Source of the DNA: Curtobacterium sp. MCJR17_020
GTDB taxonomy: Bacteria > Actinomycetota > Actinomycetes > Actinomycetales > Microbacteriaceae
NCBI RefSeq assembly: GCF_003234365.2
Contig: NZ_CP126260.1
Coordinates: 2,829,172-2,853,171 of the forward strand
Direction of reading: 5' to 3'
Length of the DNA stretch: 24,000 bases
The notes beneath the pieces are model-generated. The model had not been told where the DNA came from and searched no databases. It saw nothing but the letters and a program-made list of their open reading frames with translations. This document shows positions 16,431-23,043 of this stretch, one piece after another. How positions within the stretch are numbered: position 1 is the stretch's first letter; each line of letters starts with the position of its first letter. Both the position numbers and the translations under genes were made by a program.

Positions 16431-16526
16431 CTCGCACGGTGCGAGGGCGCTGCGGTCTGGTGCGAGGTTCCGTACTCGGTGCGACAGACCGCGGCTCGCA
16501 CTGAGTACGGAACCTCGCACGGTGCG
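16431..16526. repeat. Complex inverted-repeat element: 26-bp stem hairpin plus flanking GTGCGAG/CTCGCAC heptamer copies
   Basis: Arms 16460-16485 (gtgcgaggttccgtactcggtgcgac) and 16495-16520 (ctcgcactgagtacggaacctcgcac) match at 24/26 positions, and one of the two mismatches is a G-U wobble in the plus-strand RNA. The loop is 9 nt. The 13-mer ctcgcacggtgcg repeats directly at 16431-16443 and 16514-16526. The element lies between the convergent SDR and NRDE genes. Confidence 0.65.
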
Positions 16527-16579
16527 CGGGCGCGGGGCGCGGCCGGGAGGCCCGTGGCGCGTCCGGCGCGACGCCCGCG

Positions 16580-17371
16580 TCAGGCGCGGTGCAGCTCCAC
16601 CGACCCGTCCAGCCGTCCGGGTTCGGTCAAGCGAGCGTGCTGCAGGACCGTGCGGTCCGGACCGATCGCCGCGGCGACGATCGACAGCGTCGTCATGTGC
16701 CCCTCGGCCTCGTGCGCGTCGCGGAGGATCGCGTCGGGGTGGTCGCTCGGCAGCGCAGCGGACTCGGCCAGGACACCGAACCACCCGCTCCACCCGTCTC
16801 CGGCGTCGTCGCCCGCGTCCACCGTCCGGAGTTCGTCGAAGGGCCCGAGCACCGGTGGCCCGACCGGGGCGTCCGCGGCACGGAAGGCCTCGAGCCACCG
16901 GCCGATGCGCGGCGCCGCCGGGTCGTCCGGTTCGCCGTGCGTCACCATGTGCACGCCGGGGCCGAGCTCGGTCGTGCGGACCCGCGTGCCGTCCCAGGTC
17001 AGGACCGCGGCGCCGTCGGCGGTCGCCCGCACCAGGTTGAACGCGCGGGTGGTCGGCAGCGTGCCGTCGTGTCCGGGCAACAGGTCGTCGGCGACGGCGT
17101 CGACCGGCACCACGCCGCGGGTCGTCCACGTGCCGTCGACACTCGGCACCGGTTCGCCGCGGTTGAGCACGACCGCCAGTCCGGCGCGGTCCGAGGCGGC
17201 GAGCCACGCACCGCCGGCAGCACGGTCGCGCACACCGCGGACCCCGGGGTCGCGATCGGGCCACCACGCAGCGGGCGGGTCCCACGGACGCTCGGGTGAC
17301 TCGTCCCGCAGGGCGAGCACGGTGACGGGCCACGCGGACCCGGGGTCGACGCGGACGACGACGGTGCACAT
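16580..17371 (-). CDS. NRDE/TANGO2-family protein
   Basis: 263 aa starting Met-Cys (MCTVVVRVDP), then LALRDE at the position of the family's NRDE motif, then GGAWLAAS...GLAVVLN and FNLV. These blocks are collinear with human TANGO2 blocks (MCIIFFKFDP, AANRDE, GGTWLGIS, LAALTN, FNLI) as I recall them. Confidence 0.75.
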   Translation of the reverse strand: MCTVVVRVDPGSAWPVTVLALRDESPERPWDPPAAWWPDRDPGVRGVRDRAAGGAWLAASDRAGLAVVLNRGEPVPSVDGTWTTRGVVPVDAVADDLLPGHDGTLPTTRAFNLVRATADGAAVLTWDGTRVRTTELGPGVHMVTHGEPDDPAAPRIGRWLEAFRAADAPVGPPVLGPFDELRTVDAGDDAGDGWSGWFGVLAESAALPSDHPDAILRDAHEAEGHMTTLSIVAAAIGPDRTVLQHARLTEPGRLDGSVELHRA

Positions 17372-17398
17372 GCCGTCGATCCTCGCACGTGCCCCCGG

Positions 17399-17404
17399 TA
17401 GCGT
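17399..17404 (+). promoter_or_regulatory. Candidate -10 hexamer (TAGCGT) consistent with leaderless coaBC
   Basis: It matches TANNNT and ends 7 nt before GTG 17412. It sits inside the 40-bp divergent spacer shared with the NRDE gene. Confidence 0.3.
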
Positions 17405-17411
17405 GAGCGGC

Positions 17412-18710
17412 GTGAACGCAGCAGCAGAGCGCACCCTGACCGTCATCGTGGGGATCACCGGGGGCATCGCCGCCTACAAGGCCGTCGGCGTGGTCCGCGA
17501 CCTCGTCAAGCGCGGGCACGAGGTGCACGTCGTCCCGACCGAGGGGGCGCTGCGCTTCGTGGGGCTGCCGACGCTCGAGGCGCTCAGCCGCAACCCCGTC
17601 ACCACGAGCGTCTGGGACGACGTGTCCGAGGTCCGCCACGTCGCCCTCGGCCGCCGCGCGGACCTGGTCGTGGTGGCCCCGGCGACCGCGGACTCCCTGG
17701 CACGGATGGCGAACGGCCTGGCGAGCGACCTGCTCGGCACGACGCTGCTCGCCACCGACGCCCCGGTCGTCGTCGCGCCGGCGATGCACCCGCAGATGTG
17801 GGAACACCCCGCGACCCGGGCCAACGTCGCCGTCCTGCGCGAGCGGGGCGTGCACCTGGTCGGACCGGTGGTCGGCGCACTGACGGGCGACGACGCCGGC
17901 ATCGGCCGGATGGCGGAACCCGAGGACATCGTCACCGCCGCGCTCGCCGTGCTGGACGGCCCTGCCGGTGCGGGGGCGGGGCGTCGCGCCGGCACCGACG
18001 GGGGCACGCAGTCCGGCGCCGGGGCCCGTGGCGAACAGGGCGACCTGTCCGGCGTCCGCGTGGTCGTCAGCGCGGGCGGTACCCGCGAACCGTTCGACCC
18101 GGTGCGCTTCGTCGGCAACCGGTCGAGTGGCCGGCAGGGCCTGGCGATCGCCGCCGACGCCGCAGCGCGCGGTGCCGTCGTCACCGTCGTCGCCGCGAAC
18201 GTCGAGGCCGGCCTGACGGCAGGCATCGACGCGACCGTCGTGCCGGTGGGGTCAGCGCTCGAGCTCGCCGAGGCCGTGCACGCCGCGGCGGTCGATGCCG
18301 ACGTCGTCGTGATGACCGCTGCCGTGGCCGACTACCGGCCTGCCGAGGTCCTCGCCGAGAAGCTCAAGAAGGACGCCCAGGGCGAGCGGATGACGCTCGA
18401 GCTGGTGCGGAACCCCGACGTGCTCGCCGACCTGGTGGCGGCCCGGCGCACCGGGCAGGTCATCGTCGGGTTCGCCGCCGAGACCGAACCCGACCGCGAC
18501 GCCCGCGTCGCACTCGGACGCGCGAAGATCGCCCGCAAGCCCGCCGACCTGCTCGTCGTGAACCACGTCGGCTGGTCGGCCGGGTTCGAGCGCGAGGAGA
18601 ACGCGATCGAGGTCCTGGTGCCGGGCGGCGAGGTGGTCCGCGAGACCTCGGGCACGAAGGCCGAGGTGGCGGCGGCGGTGCTCGACCTCGTCGCGACCGC
18701 ACTGACCTGA
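17412..18710 (+). CDS. coaBC: Bifunctional phosphopantothenoylcysteine decarboxylase / phosphopantothenate-cysteine ligase
   Basis: About 432 aa (in-frame alternative GTG at 17403). CoaC half: GITGGIAAYK, APATADSLARMANG, APAMHPQMW. A Gly/Ala-rich linker follows. CoaB half: SAGGTREPFDPVRFVGNRSSGRQG, AAVADYRP. The upstream part of track ORF 16479..18710 is antisense to the NRDE gene. Confidence 0.9.
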   Translation: MNAAAERTLTVIVGITGGIAAYKAVGVVRDLVKRGHEVHVVPTEGALRFVGLPTLEALSRNPVTTSVWDDVSEVRHVALGRRADLVVVAPATADSLARMANGLASDLLGTTLLATDAPVVVAPAMHPQMWEHPATRANVAVLRERGVHLVGPVVGALTGDDAGIGRMAEPEDIVTAALAVLDGPAGAGAGRRAGTDGGTQSGAGARGEQGDLSGVRVVVSAGGTREPFDPVRFVGNRSSGRQGLAIAADAAARGAVVTVVAANVEAGLTAGIDATVVPVGSALELAEAVHAAAVDADVVVMTAAVADYRPAEVLAEKLKKDAQGERMTLELVRNPDVLADLVAARRTGQVIVGFAAETEPDRDARVALGRAKIARKPADLLVVNHVGWSAGFEREENAIEVLVPGGEVVRETSGTKAEVAAAVLDLVATALT

Positions 18711-18731
18711 TTCCGAGGACGGGCGAGCACG

Positions 18732-19139
18732 ATGGAGGCCATGCGACGACGTGAGCGGATCAAACGAGCCACCCGGACTGCCACCCTGCTCGCGGTGCTG
18801 CTCGGCGGTGCCGGCGTCACCCACTTCCTGCAGCCGCGCCACTACGACCGGATCGTGCCGGACACACTGCCACCGCGCCTGACGACCGTCGCGTCCGGCG
18901 TGGCCGAACTCGGCATCGCCGCCGGGCTCGCGTTCCCGGCCACACGCCGGGCCTCGGGGTGGGCTGCAGCTGCCCTGTTCGCCGCGGTCTTCCCCGCGAA
19001 CGTGAAGATGGCGAACGACCTGCTCGACAGCCCGCGGTCGACCCGGGCGATGCGGTTGCTCTCCGTGCTCCGGCTCCCGCTGCAGGCCCCGCTCGTCCTG
19101 TGGGCCGTGCGCGTCGGTCGGCACGCACCGAAGCGGTGA
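18732..19139 (+). CDS. Small DoxX-like membrane protein
   Basis: 135 aa (alternative ATG at 18741). It has 3-4 TM segments, THFLQPRHYDRIVP and AVFPANVKMA. It starts 21 nt after the coaBC stop. Confidence 0.65.
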   Translation: MEAMRRRERIKRATRTATLLAVLLGGAGVTHFLQPRHYDRIVPDTLPPRLTTVASGVAELGIAAGLAFPATRRASGWAAAALFAAVFPANVKMANDLLDSPRSTRAMRLLSVLRLPLQAPLVLWAVRVGRHAPKR

Positions 19140-19927
19140 CCCAGCCGTCCTGGGCCCGTGCGGCGGCACCGCTGCTGCACCGGCCGGTGACCCAGCACGC
19201 ATGGGACGACGTCGTCTTCGCGCACTGGCGGCACGACCCGGGTCCGCTGGCGCGACTCGTCCCGCGGGGAACGCGCCCCGACGTGGTCGACGGCAGCGCC
19301 TGGGTGGGACTGACGGCCTACGTCTTCCACGAGACGCGGGTGCCGCCGTTCCCCTCCGCCGGCCGCCTCGGACGCATGACCGAGGTCACCGTCGAGGTCC
19401 TGACCGTGGACGACCAGGGCCGGCGCGGCGTCGCGTACCGCACCGTGGACACCGCGAACGTGCCGGCGATCGTGGCCGCACACGCGCTGCTCGGCGTGCC
19501 CTACACCTTCGCGCACGCCCGGTCGCGCCGCCGCGGCGAGGTCGTCGCGCACCGGTCGGTCCGGCACCCCGCGCGTGCACTGCACCCGGTGCGCTGGGCG
19601 CGGTCGCTGCGGCAGGAACGCCCCTCGGGCACGGCCAGACCCCGGCACGCGGCCTCGATCCGGGTCACCGCCGGTGACGTCGTCGACACGCCACTGGCCG
19701 CCGAGCTCACCACCCGCGCCGGCATCCACGCCCGGTACCTGGCCCAGACGCTGTTCTGGCAGCGACAGCACCCGCCGCTGACCGTGCGGGCCGCGCACCT
19801 CGACCGGCTCGAGGGGGACCTGCCGGACGCCGTCGGCATGCCGGGACTGTTCGACCGGGCACCCGACTCGCTGCTCGTCGTCGACGGCACCACGGTGCGG
19901 TACGCCTGGGGTGGGGTCGTGCGGTGA
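19136..19927 (+). CDS. DUF2071 (YqjF-like) family protein
   Basis: 263 aa from GTG 19136, which overlaps the upstream TGA (GTGA). WDDVVFAHWRHDPGPLARLVP...VVDGSAWVGLTAYVF is the characteristic DUF2071 N-terminal block. Confidence 0.7.
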   Translation: MTQPSWARAAAPLLHRPVTQHAWDDVVFAHWRHDPGPLARLVPRGTRPDVVDGSAWVGLTAYVFHETRVPPFPSAGRLGRMTEVTVEVLTVDDQGRRGVAYRTVDTANVPAIVAAHALLGVPYTFAHARSRRRGEVVAHRSVRHPARALHPVRWARSLRQERPSGTARPRHAASIRVTAGDVVDTPLAAELTTRAGIHARYLAQTLFWQRQHPPLTVRAAHLDRLEGDLPDAVGMPGLFDRAPDSLLVVDGTTVRYAWGGVVR

Positions 19928-20397
19928 GCGACCACGCCGCGGACGATGCCGCCCGGGACGACCTCGACCGATTCGTGCGGGCGCAGGACGGCGTGCACGA
20001 CGACGCCCTCGCCGAGTTGCGGCGCGGACGGAAGACCTCGCACTGGATGTGGTTCGTCTTCCCGCAGCTCGCCGGCCTCGGGCGGAGCGCCACCGCCGAG
20101 CGCTACGGCGTGCGCGGGCTCACCGAGGCCCGCGCGTACCTCGCGCACCCGGTGCTCGGGGACCGGCTCCGGACCGCCGCGACCGTCGTCGCGGCTGCGC
20201 CGGCTCCGTCGGCCGATGCGCTGCTCGGTGGGACGGACGCCCTGAAGCTCCGGTCCTCGATGACACTGTTCGCCCGGGCGGCGACCGACCGGGAGCCCTT
20301 CGCAGCGGTGCTCGACCGGTGGTACGGCGGGGCGGAGGACCCGGTCACCGTCCGGCTGCTGGACGCGGGCGGGCGAGCGACCGGTGACACGCGCTGA
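19924..20397 (+). CDS. DUF1810 family protein
   Basis: 157 aa. The GTG overlaps the upstream TGA (GTGA). LDRFVRAQ, GRKTSHWMWFVFPQLAGLGRS, AYLAHPVLGDRL and KLRSSMTLF are hallmark DUF1810 blocks. Confidence 0.8.
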   Translation: MSDHAADDAARDDLDRFVRAQDGVHDDALAELRRGRKTSHWMWFVFPQLAGLGRSATAERYGVRGLTEARAYLAHPVLGDRLRTAATVVAAAPAPSADALLGGTDALKLRSSMTLFARAATDREPFAAVLDRWYGGAEDPVTVRLLDAGGRATGDTR

Positions 20398-20477
20398 GCC
20401 GAGCGGAACGCCGGTCTCATATCAGGTACGTTGATCGGTGCGCGTGCACCGACCGCGCCCCGATCGAAGGAGAACGC

Positions 20478-21128
20478 ATGCCGGTCCCCCGCAGCGCCCC
20501 GACCGAGCACCAGCTGCTCCGCGACACCGTCCGGCACAAGATCCACGACGCGATCATGGACGGCACGCTCGTCCCCGGTGAGCGGCTCAACGACGACGAG
20601 CTCATCGCCTGGCTCGGCGTCTCCCGCACGCCGATCCGCGAAGCGCTGAGCCAGCTCTCCCGTGCCGGACTCATCGAGATGGCGCCGAACCGGTACACGC
20701 GCGTCACGACGCCGGACCCCGCCGAGGTCATCGAGGCGATGCAGACCCTCGGGGTGCTGTTCGGCGGCGTCGTCCGCCTCGCCGTCCCCCGCCTCGGTGC
20801 CGGCGCACGGAAGAAGATCCTCGCGCAGCTCGACAAGACGATCGCCGAGCTCGAGTCGCACGACGTCCCCGCCGTGAACCACGACGCGCTCGACGTGTTC
20901 GCGCTCTACGTCGCCGAGTGCGGCAACGAGAACCTGCAGCGCGTGTGCCGCGACACCATGGACGGCCTGGCGTTCCGCCTGCGCCTGCCGAACCTCGACG
21001 AACTCGTCGACTGGGACCGGATGACCGAGGACTTCCGTCGGCTGCGCACCGCGACCGAGTCCGGCGACAACGTCGCCGCCGAGCTCGCGGCCGAGGCGAT
21101 CCACCAGCTGCCGGGCGAGAAGCGCTGA
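20478..21128 (+). CDS. GntR-family (FadR/FCD-type) transcriptional regulator
   Basis: 216 aa. The SD gaaggag sits upstream. wHTH LVPGERLNDDELIAWLGVSRTPIREALSQLSRAGLIE, with an all-helical C-terminal domain. Confidence 0.88.
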   Translation: MPVPRSAPTEHQLLRDTVRHKIHDAIMDGTLVPGERLNDDELIAWLGVSRTPIREALSQLSRAGLIEMAPNRYTRVTTPDPAEVIEAMQTLGVLFGGVVRLAVPRLGAGARKKILAQLDKTIAELESHDVPAVNHDALDVFALYVAECGNENLQRVCRDTMDGLAFRLRLPNLDELVDWDRMTEDFRRLRTATESGDNVAAELAAEAIHQLPGEKR

Positions 21129-21154
21129 GTCCGGCTGTACCGCCGTACAGGAAC

Positions 21155-21184
21155 CCGCCCGTCTCGCGCACGCGAGGCGGGCGG
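21155..21184 (+). terminator. Hairpin after the GntR gene
   Basis: ccgcccgtctcgc (21155-21167), loop gcac, gcgaggcgggcgg (21172-21184): 13-bp stem with one mismatch. It is preceded by a smaller ctgtac-cgcc-gtacag hairpin. Confidence 0.5.
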
Positions 21185-21314
21185 TCCGCGTTCCACGGGC
21201 CTCCCGGACACCCCGTCCAGACCCGCGACCGACGCGCACGACGCTCCCAGACTGCGGCTCCGGCGAGCCGATAGCATCGCTGGCGACCACCCGATCGCCC
21301 ACCCGGAGCAGCAC

Positions 21315-21770
21315 ATGAGTCCTCGATCGACGGACCGTACCGAGGTCGCCGCACGTCTGGCCGCGGCGGTCGGACGGATCAACCGGCGAGCACGGACGGA
21401 CTCGGCCTCGCTCGGGTACGGGATCGTGTCCGCACTCGCCACCATCCAGCGCGAAGGACCCCTGCGCCCGGGCGACCTGTCGCGGATCGAGGTGGTCACG
21501 AAGCCCACGATGACCCGCATCCTGACGGAGCTCGAACAGCGCGGCTTCATCGAGCGCGAAGCCGATCCCCGGGACGGCCGCGCCTTCATGGTCTCGGCCA
21601 CCGACGAGGGCATCGCGGCGGTCGAACGGGCACGCTCGGACCGCACCGGGATCGTCGCCGAGCTCATCGCCGAACTCGGTGAGTCCGACGTCACCGCGAT
21701 CGCCGGAGCGCTCGACGCCCTCGAACGCGTCGCCCAGGGCGACCGCACCCAGGAACCTCACACGTTCTAG
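21315..21770 (+). CDS. MarR-family transcriptional regulator
   Basis: 151 aa. wHTH LRPGDLSRIEVVTKPTMTRILTELEQRGFIEREADPRDGRA. ggag lies upstream of the ATG. Confidence 0.88.
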   Translation: MSPRSTDRTEVAARLAAAVGRINRRARTDSASLGYGIVSALATIQREGPLRPGDLSRIEVVTKPTMTRILTELEQRGFIEREADPRDGRAFMVSATDEGIAAVERARSDRTGIVAELIAELGESDVTAIAGALDALERVAQGDRTQEPHTF

Positions 21771-22060
21771 GTCCGGACGGGCCGTTACCGAACCGTTACC
21801 AACGGGTGGACGGACGGTTCTGCCAGCGATCCTGGACGCGTCATCCAGTCTGACGAGTCATCGTGTCGGCTTCGCCCGACGGCGGCCTCCCCAGGGCCGG
21901 TCGCGGCGGACGGACGGGCCCCACACCACCGTCCGGTCCTCCCCGGTTCGCCGGACTCCCCCTGTTGCGCGCGTCTCGACGCGCGCAGCATCGCTCACCG
22001 TCCCCGACGTGCCGAGCAGCGCGGAGTCCCGCACCACGAACCGCCCGACCACCGGAACCG

Positions 22061-22951
22061 ATGCCAGGACACACCCCCGACCTCCCCACCACCACCGCCT
22101 CGACCCGACGTGAGGCCCTGAACTCCCCCAGCCGGCGCATGCGCCGCGCCCTCCGCCACCGTGCGCTCCGACACCGTGCGACGTTGATCGTCGGCGGCGC
22201 CGCGGTCCTCGCCGTCGCCGGCGGCGCCCTCACGGTCGGCACCCAGCCCGCCATCGGCGAAGCGCTCGGCATGCCGACCGGCACCGCGAGTGCATCCGCT
22301 ACGGCCCAGCCCGCCCTGCGCGGCATCGCCCTCGACCGTGCCCAGGCAGCGGCGACCATCTCGACCGCGAAGACCGTGATGACGACGGCGAACGCCAAGA
22401 CCGACACGGCCTCGCTCGAGCAGCACATCGACGCACTCAGTGACTACCCGGAGCTGTCCGGCGCCGCGCTCACGACGCGCATCTCGTCGACCGTCGAGTC
22501 GACCGCGCACGTCGCGCAGGCCAGCGCCACGCAGGACAAGCGGGACGTCGACGCGAAGGCAGCAGCCGTCGCGAAGGCCGCCGCCGAGAAGCGCGCCGCA
22601 GCAGCAGCCGCCGAGGCCGCCCAGGAGCTGGCGGCGGGCAACACCGTCGCGGGCGCCAAGGCGACGGCGACCTCGCTGGCGTCCTCCGAGTACGGCTGGG
22701 GCTCCGACCAGTTCCAGTGCCTCGACAACCTGTGGACCAAGGAGTCGGGCTGGGACTACCAGGCCGTCAACGCGAACGGCGGGGCGACCGGCATCCCGCA
22801 GGCGCTGCCCGGCTCGAAGATGGCGACCATCGGCTCGGACTGGCAGACGAACGCCACGACCCAGATCAAGTGGGGCCTGCAGTACATCAGCGCCGCGTAC
22901 GGCACCCCGTGCTCGGCGTGGGCGCACTCGCAGGCGAGCAACTTCTACTGA
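22061..22951 (+). CDS. Secreted/membrane-anchored protein with a C-terminal lytic-transglycosylase-like (SLT-like) domain
   Basis: Start chosen at ATG 22061 (alternative 22139) because GC3 bias only begins there. Architecture: Arg-rich tail (RRMRRALRHRALRHR), a TM/signal helix, an Ala/Lys-rich helical segment, then CLDNLWTKESGWDYQAVNANGGATGIPQALPGSKM...QIKWGLQYISAAYGTPCSAWAH. Confidence 0.75.
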   Translation: MPGHTPDLPTTTASTRREALNSPSRRMRRALRHRALRHRATLIVGGAAVLAVAGGALTVGTQPAIGEALGMPTGTASASATAQPALRGIALDRAQAAATISTAKTVMTTANAKTDTASLEQHIDALSDYPELSGAALTTRISSTVESTAHVAQASATQDKRDVDAKAAAVAKAAAEKRAAAAAAEAAQELAAGNTVAGAKATATSLASSEYGWGSDQFQCLDNLWTKESGWDYQAVNANGGATGIPQALPGSKMATIGSDWQTNATTQIKWGLQYISAAYGTPCSAWAHSQASNFY

Positions 22952-22996
22952 GCGGCGCGGGCCGGCCGTCTGCTGGCCCACGCAGCTGCACGTCGA

Positions 22997-23023
22997 ACGG
23001 CCCCGGGTACCGCCCGGGGCCGT
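22997..23023 (+). terminator. Hairpin after the transglycosylase-like gene
   Basis: acggccccggg (22997-23007), loop taccg, cccggggccgt (23013-23023): perfect 11-bp stem. Confidence 0.55.
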
Positions 23024-23043
23024 TCGTCCTGTAGGCATGCCGG

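Noticed and set aside
20411-20477. GntR operator in its own upstream region (tcaggtacgttga; nested gatcgg...ccgatc and ggtgc...gcacc repeats)
   Set aside because: The dyad symmetry is weak (3/6 matching half-site positions for the AT-rich part). The GC-rich nested repeats could equally be a 5'-UTR hairpin. The evidence is not strong enough to call.
20103-21761. A 552-aa minus-strand ORF spanning the DUF1810, GntR and MarR genes (and similar ORFs at 5428..6726 -, 9071..10807 -, 16392..17855 -, 22945..23967 -)
   Set aside because: All are antisense to plus-strand (or opposite-strand) genes with clear family motifs. The translations are Arg/Gly/Asp-rich with no recognisable domains. Stop-codon-poor antisense frames are a standard GC artefact.
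21751-21764. An additional copy of the GGAACCTC/GAGGTTCC core at the 3' end of marR
   Set aside because: It lies inside the coding sequence (codons cag gaa cct cac) with no flanking similarity beyond about 12 nt and no partner arm. It is probably coincidental and is not counted as a member of the repeat family.
21846-21858. Hammerhead-like CUGANGA core (ctgacgag) in the same leader
   Set aside because: The required GAAA core element and the three-stem arrangement are not present nearby. The match is a 7-mer and is expected by chance.
21771-22060. Cyclic-di-AMP (ydaO-type) riboswitch upstream of the cell-wall hydrolase-like gene
   Set aside because: The context fits, but I could not find the conserved ydaO blocks as I remember them (GGGGA..CCCA, GGGGUGAAUC, ACCCGAACCCGNCAGCUAACCUCG) on either strand. 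A covariance-model scan would be the decisive test.
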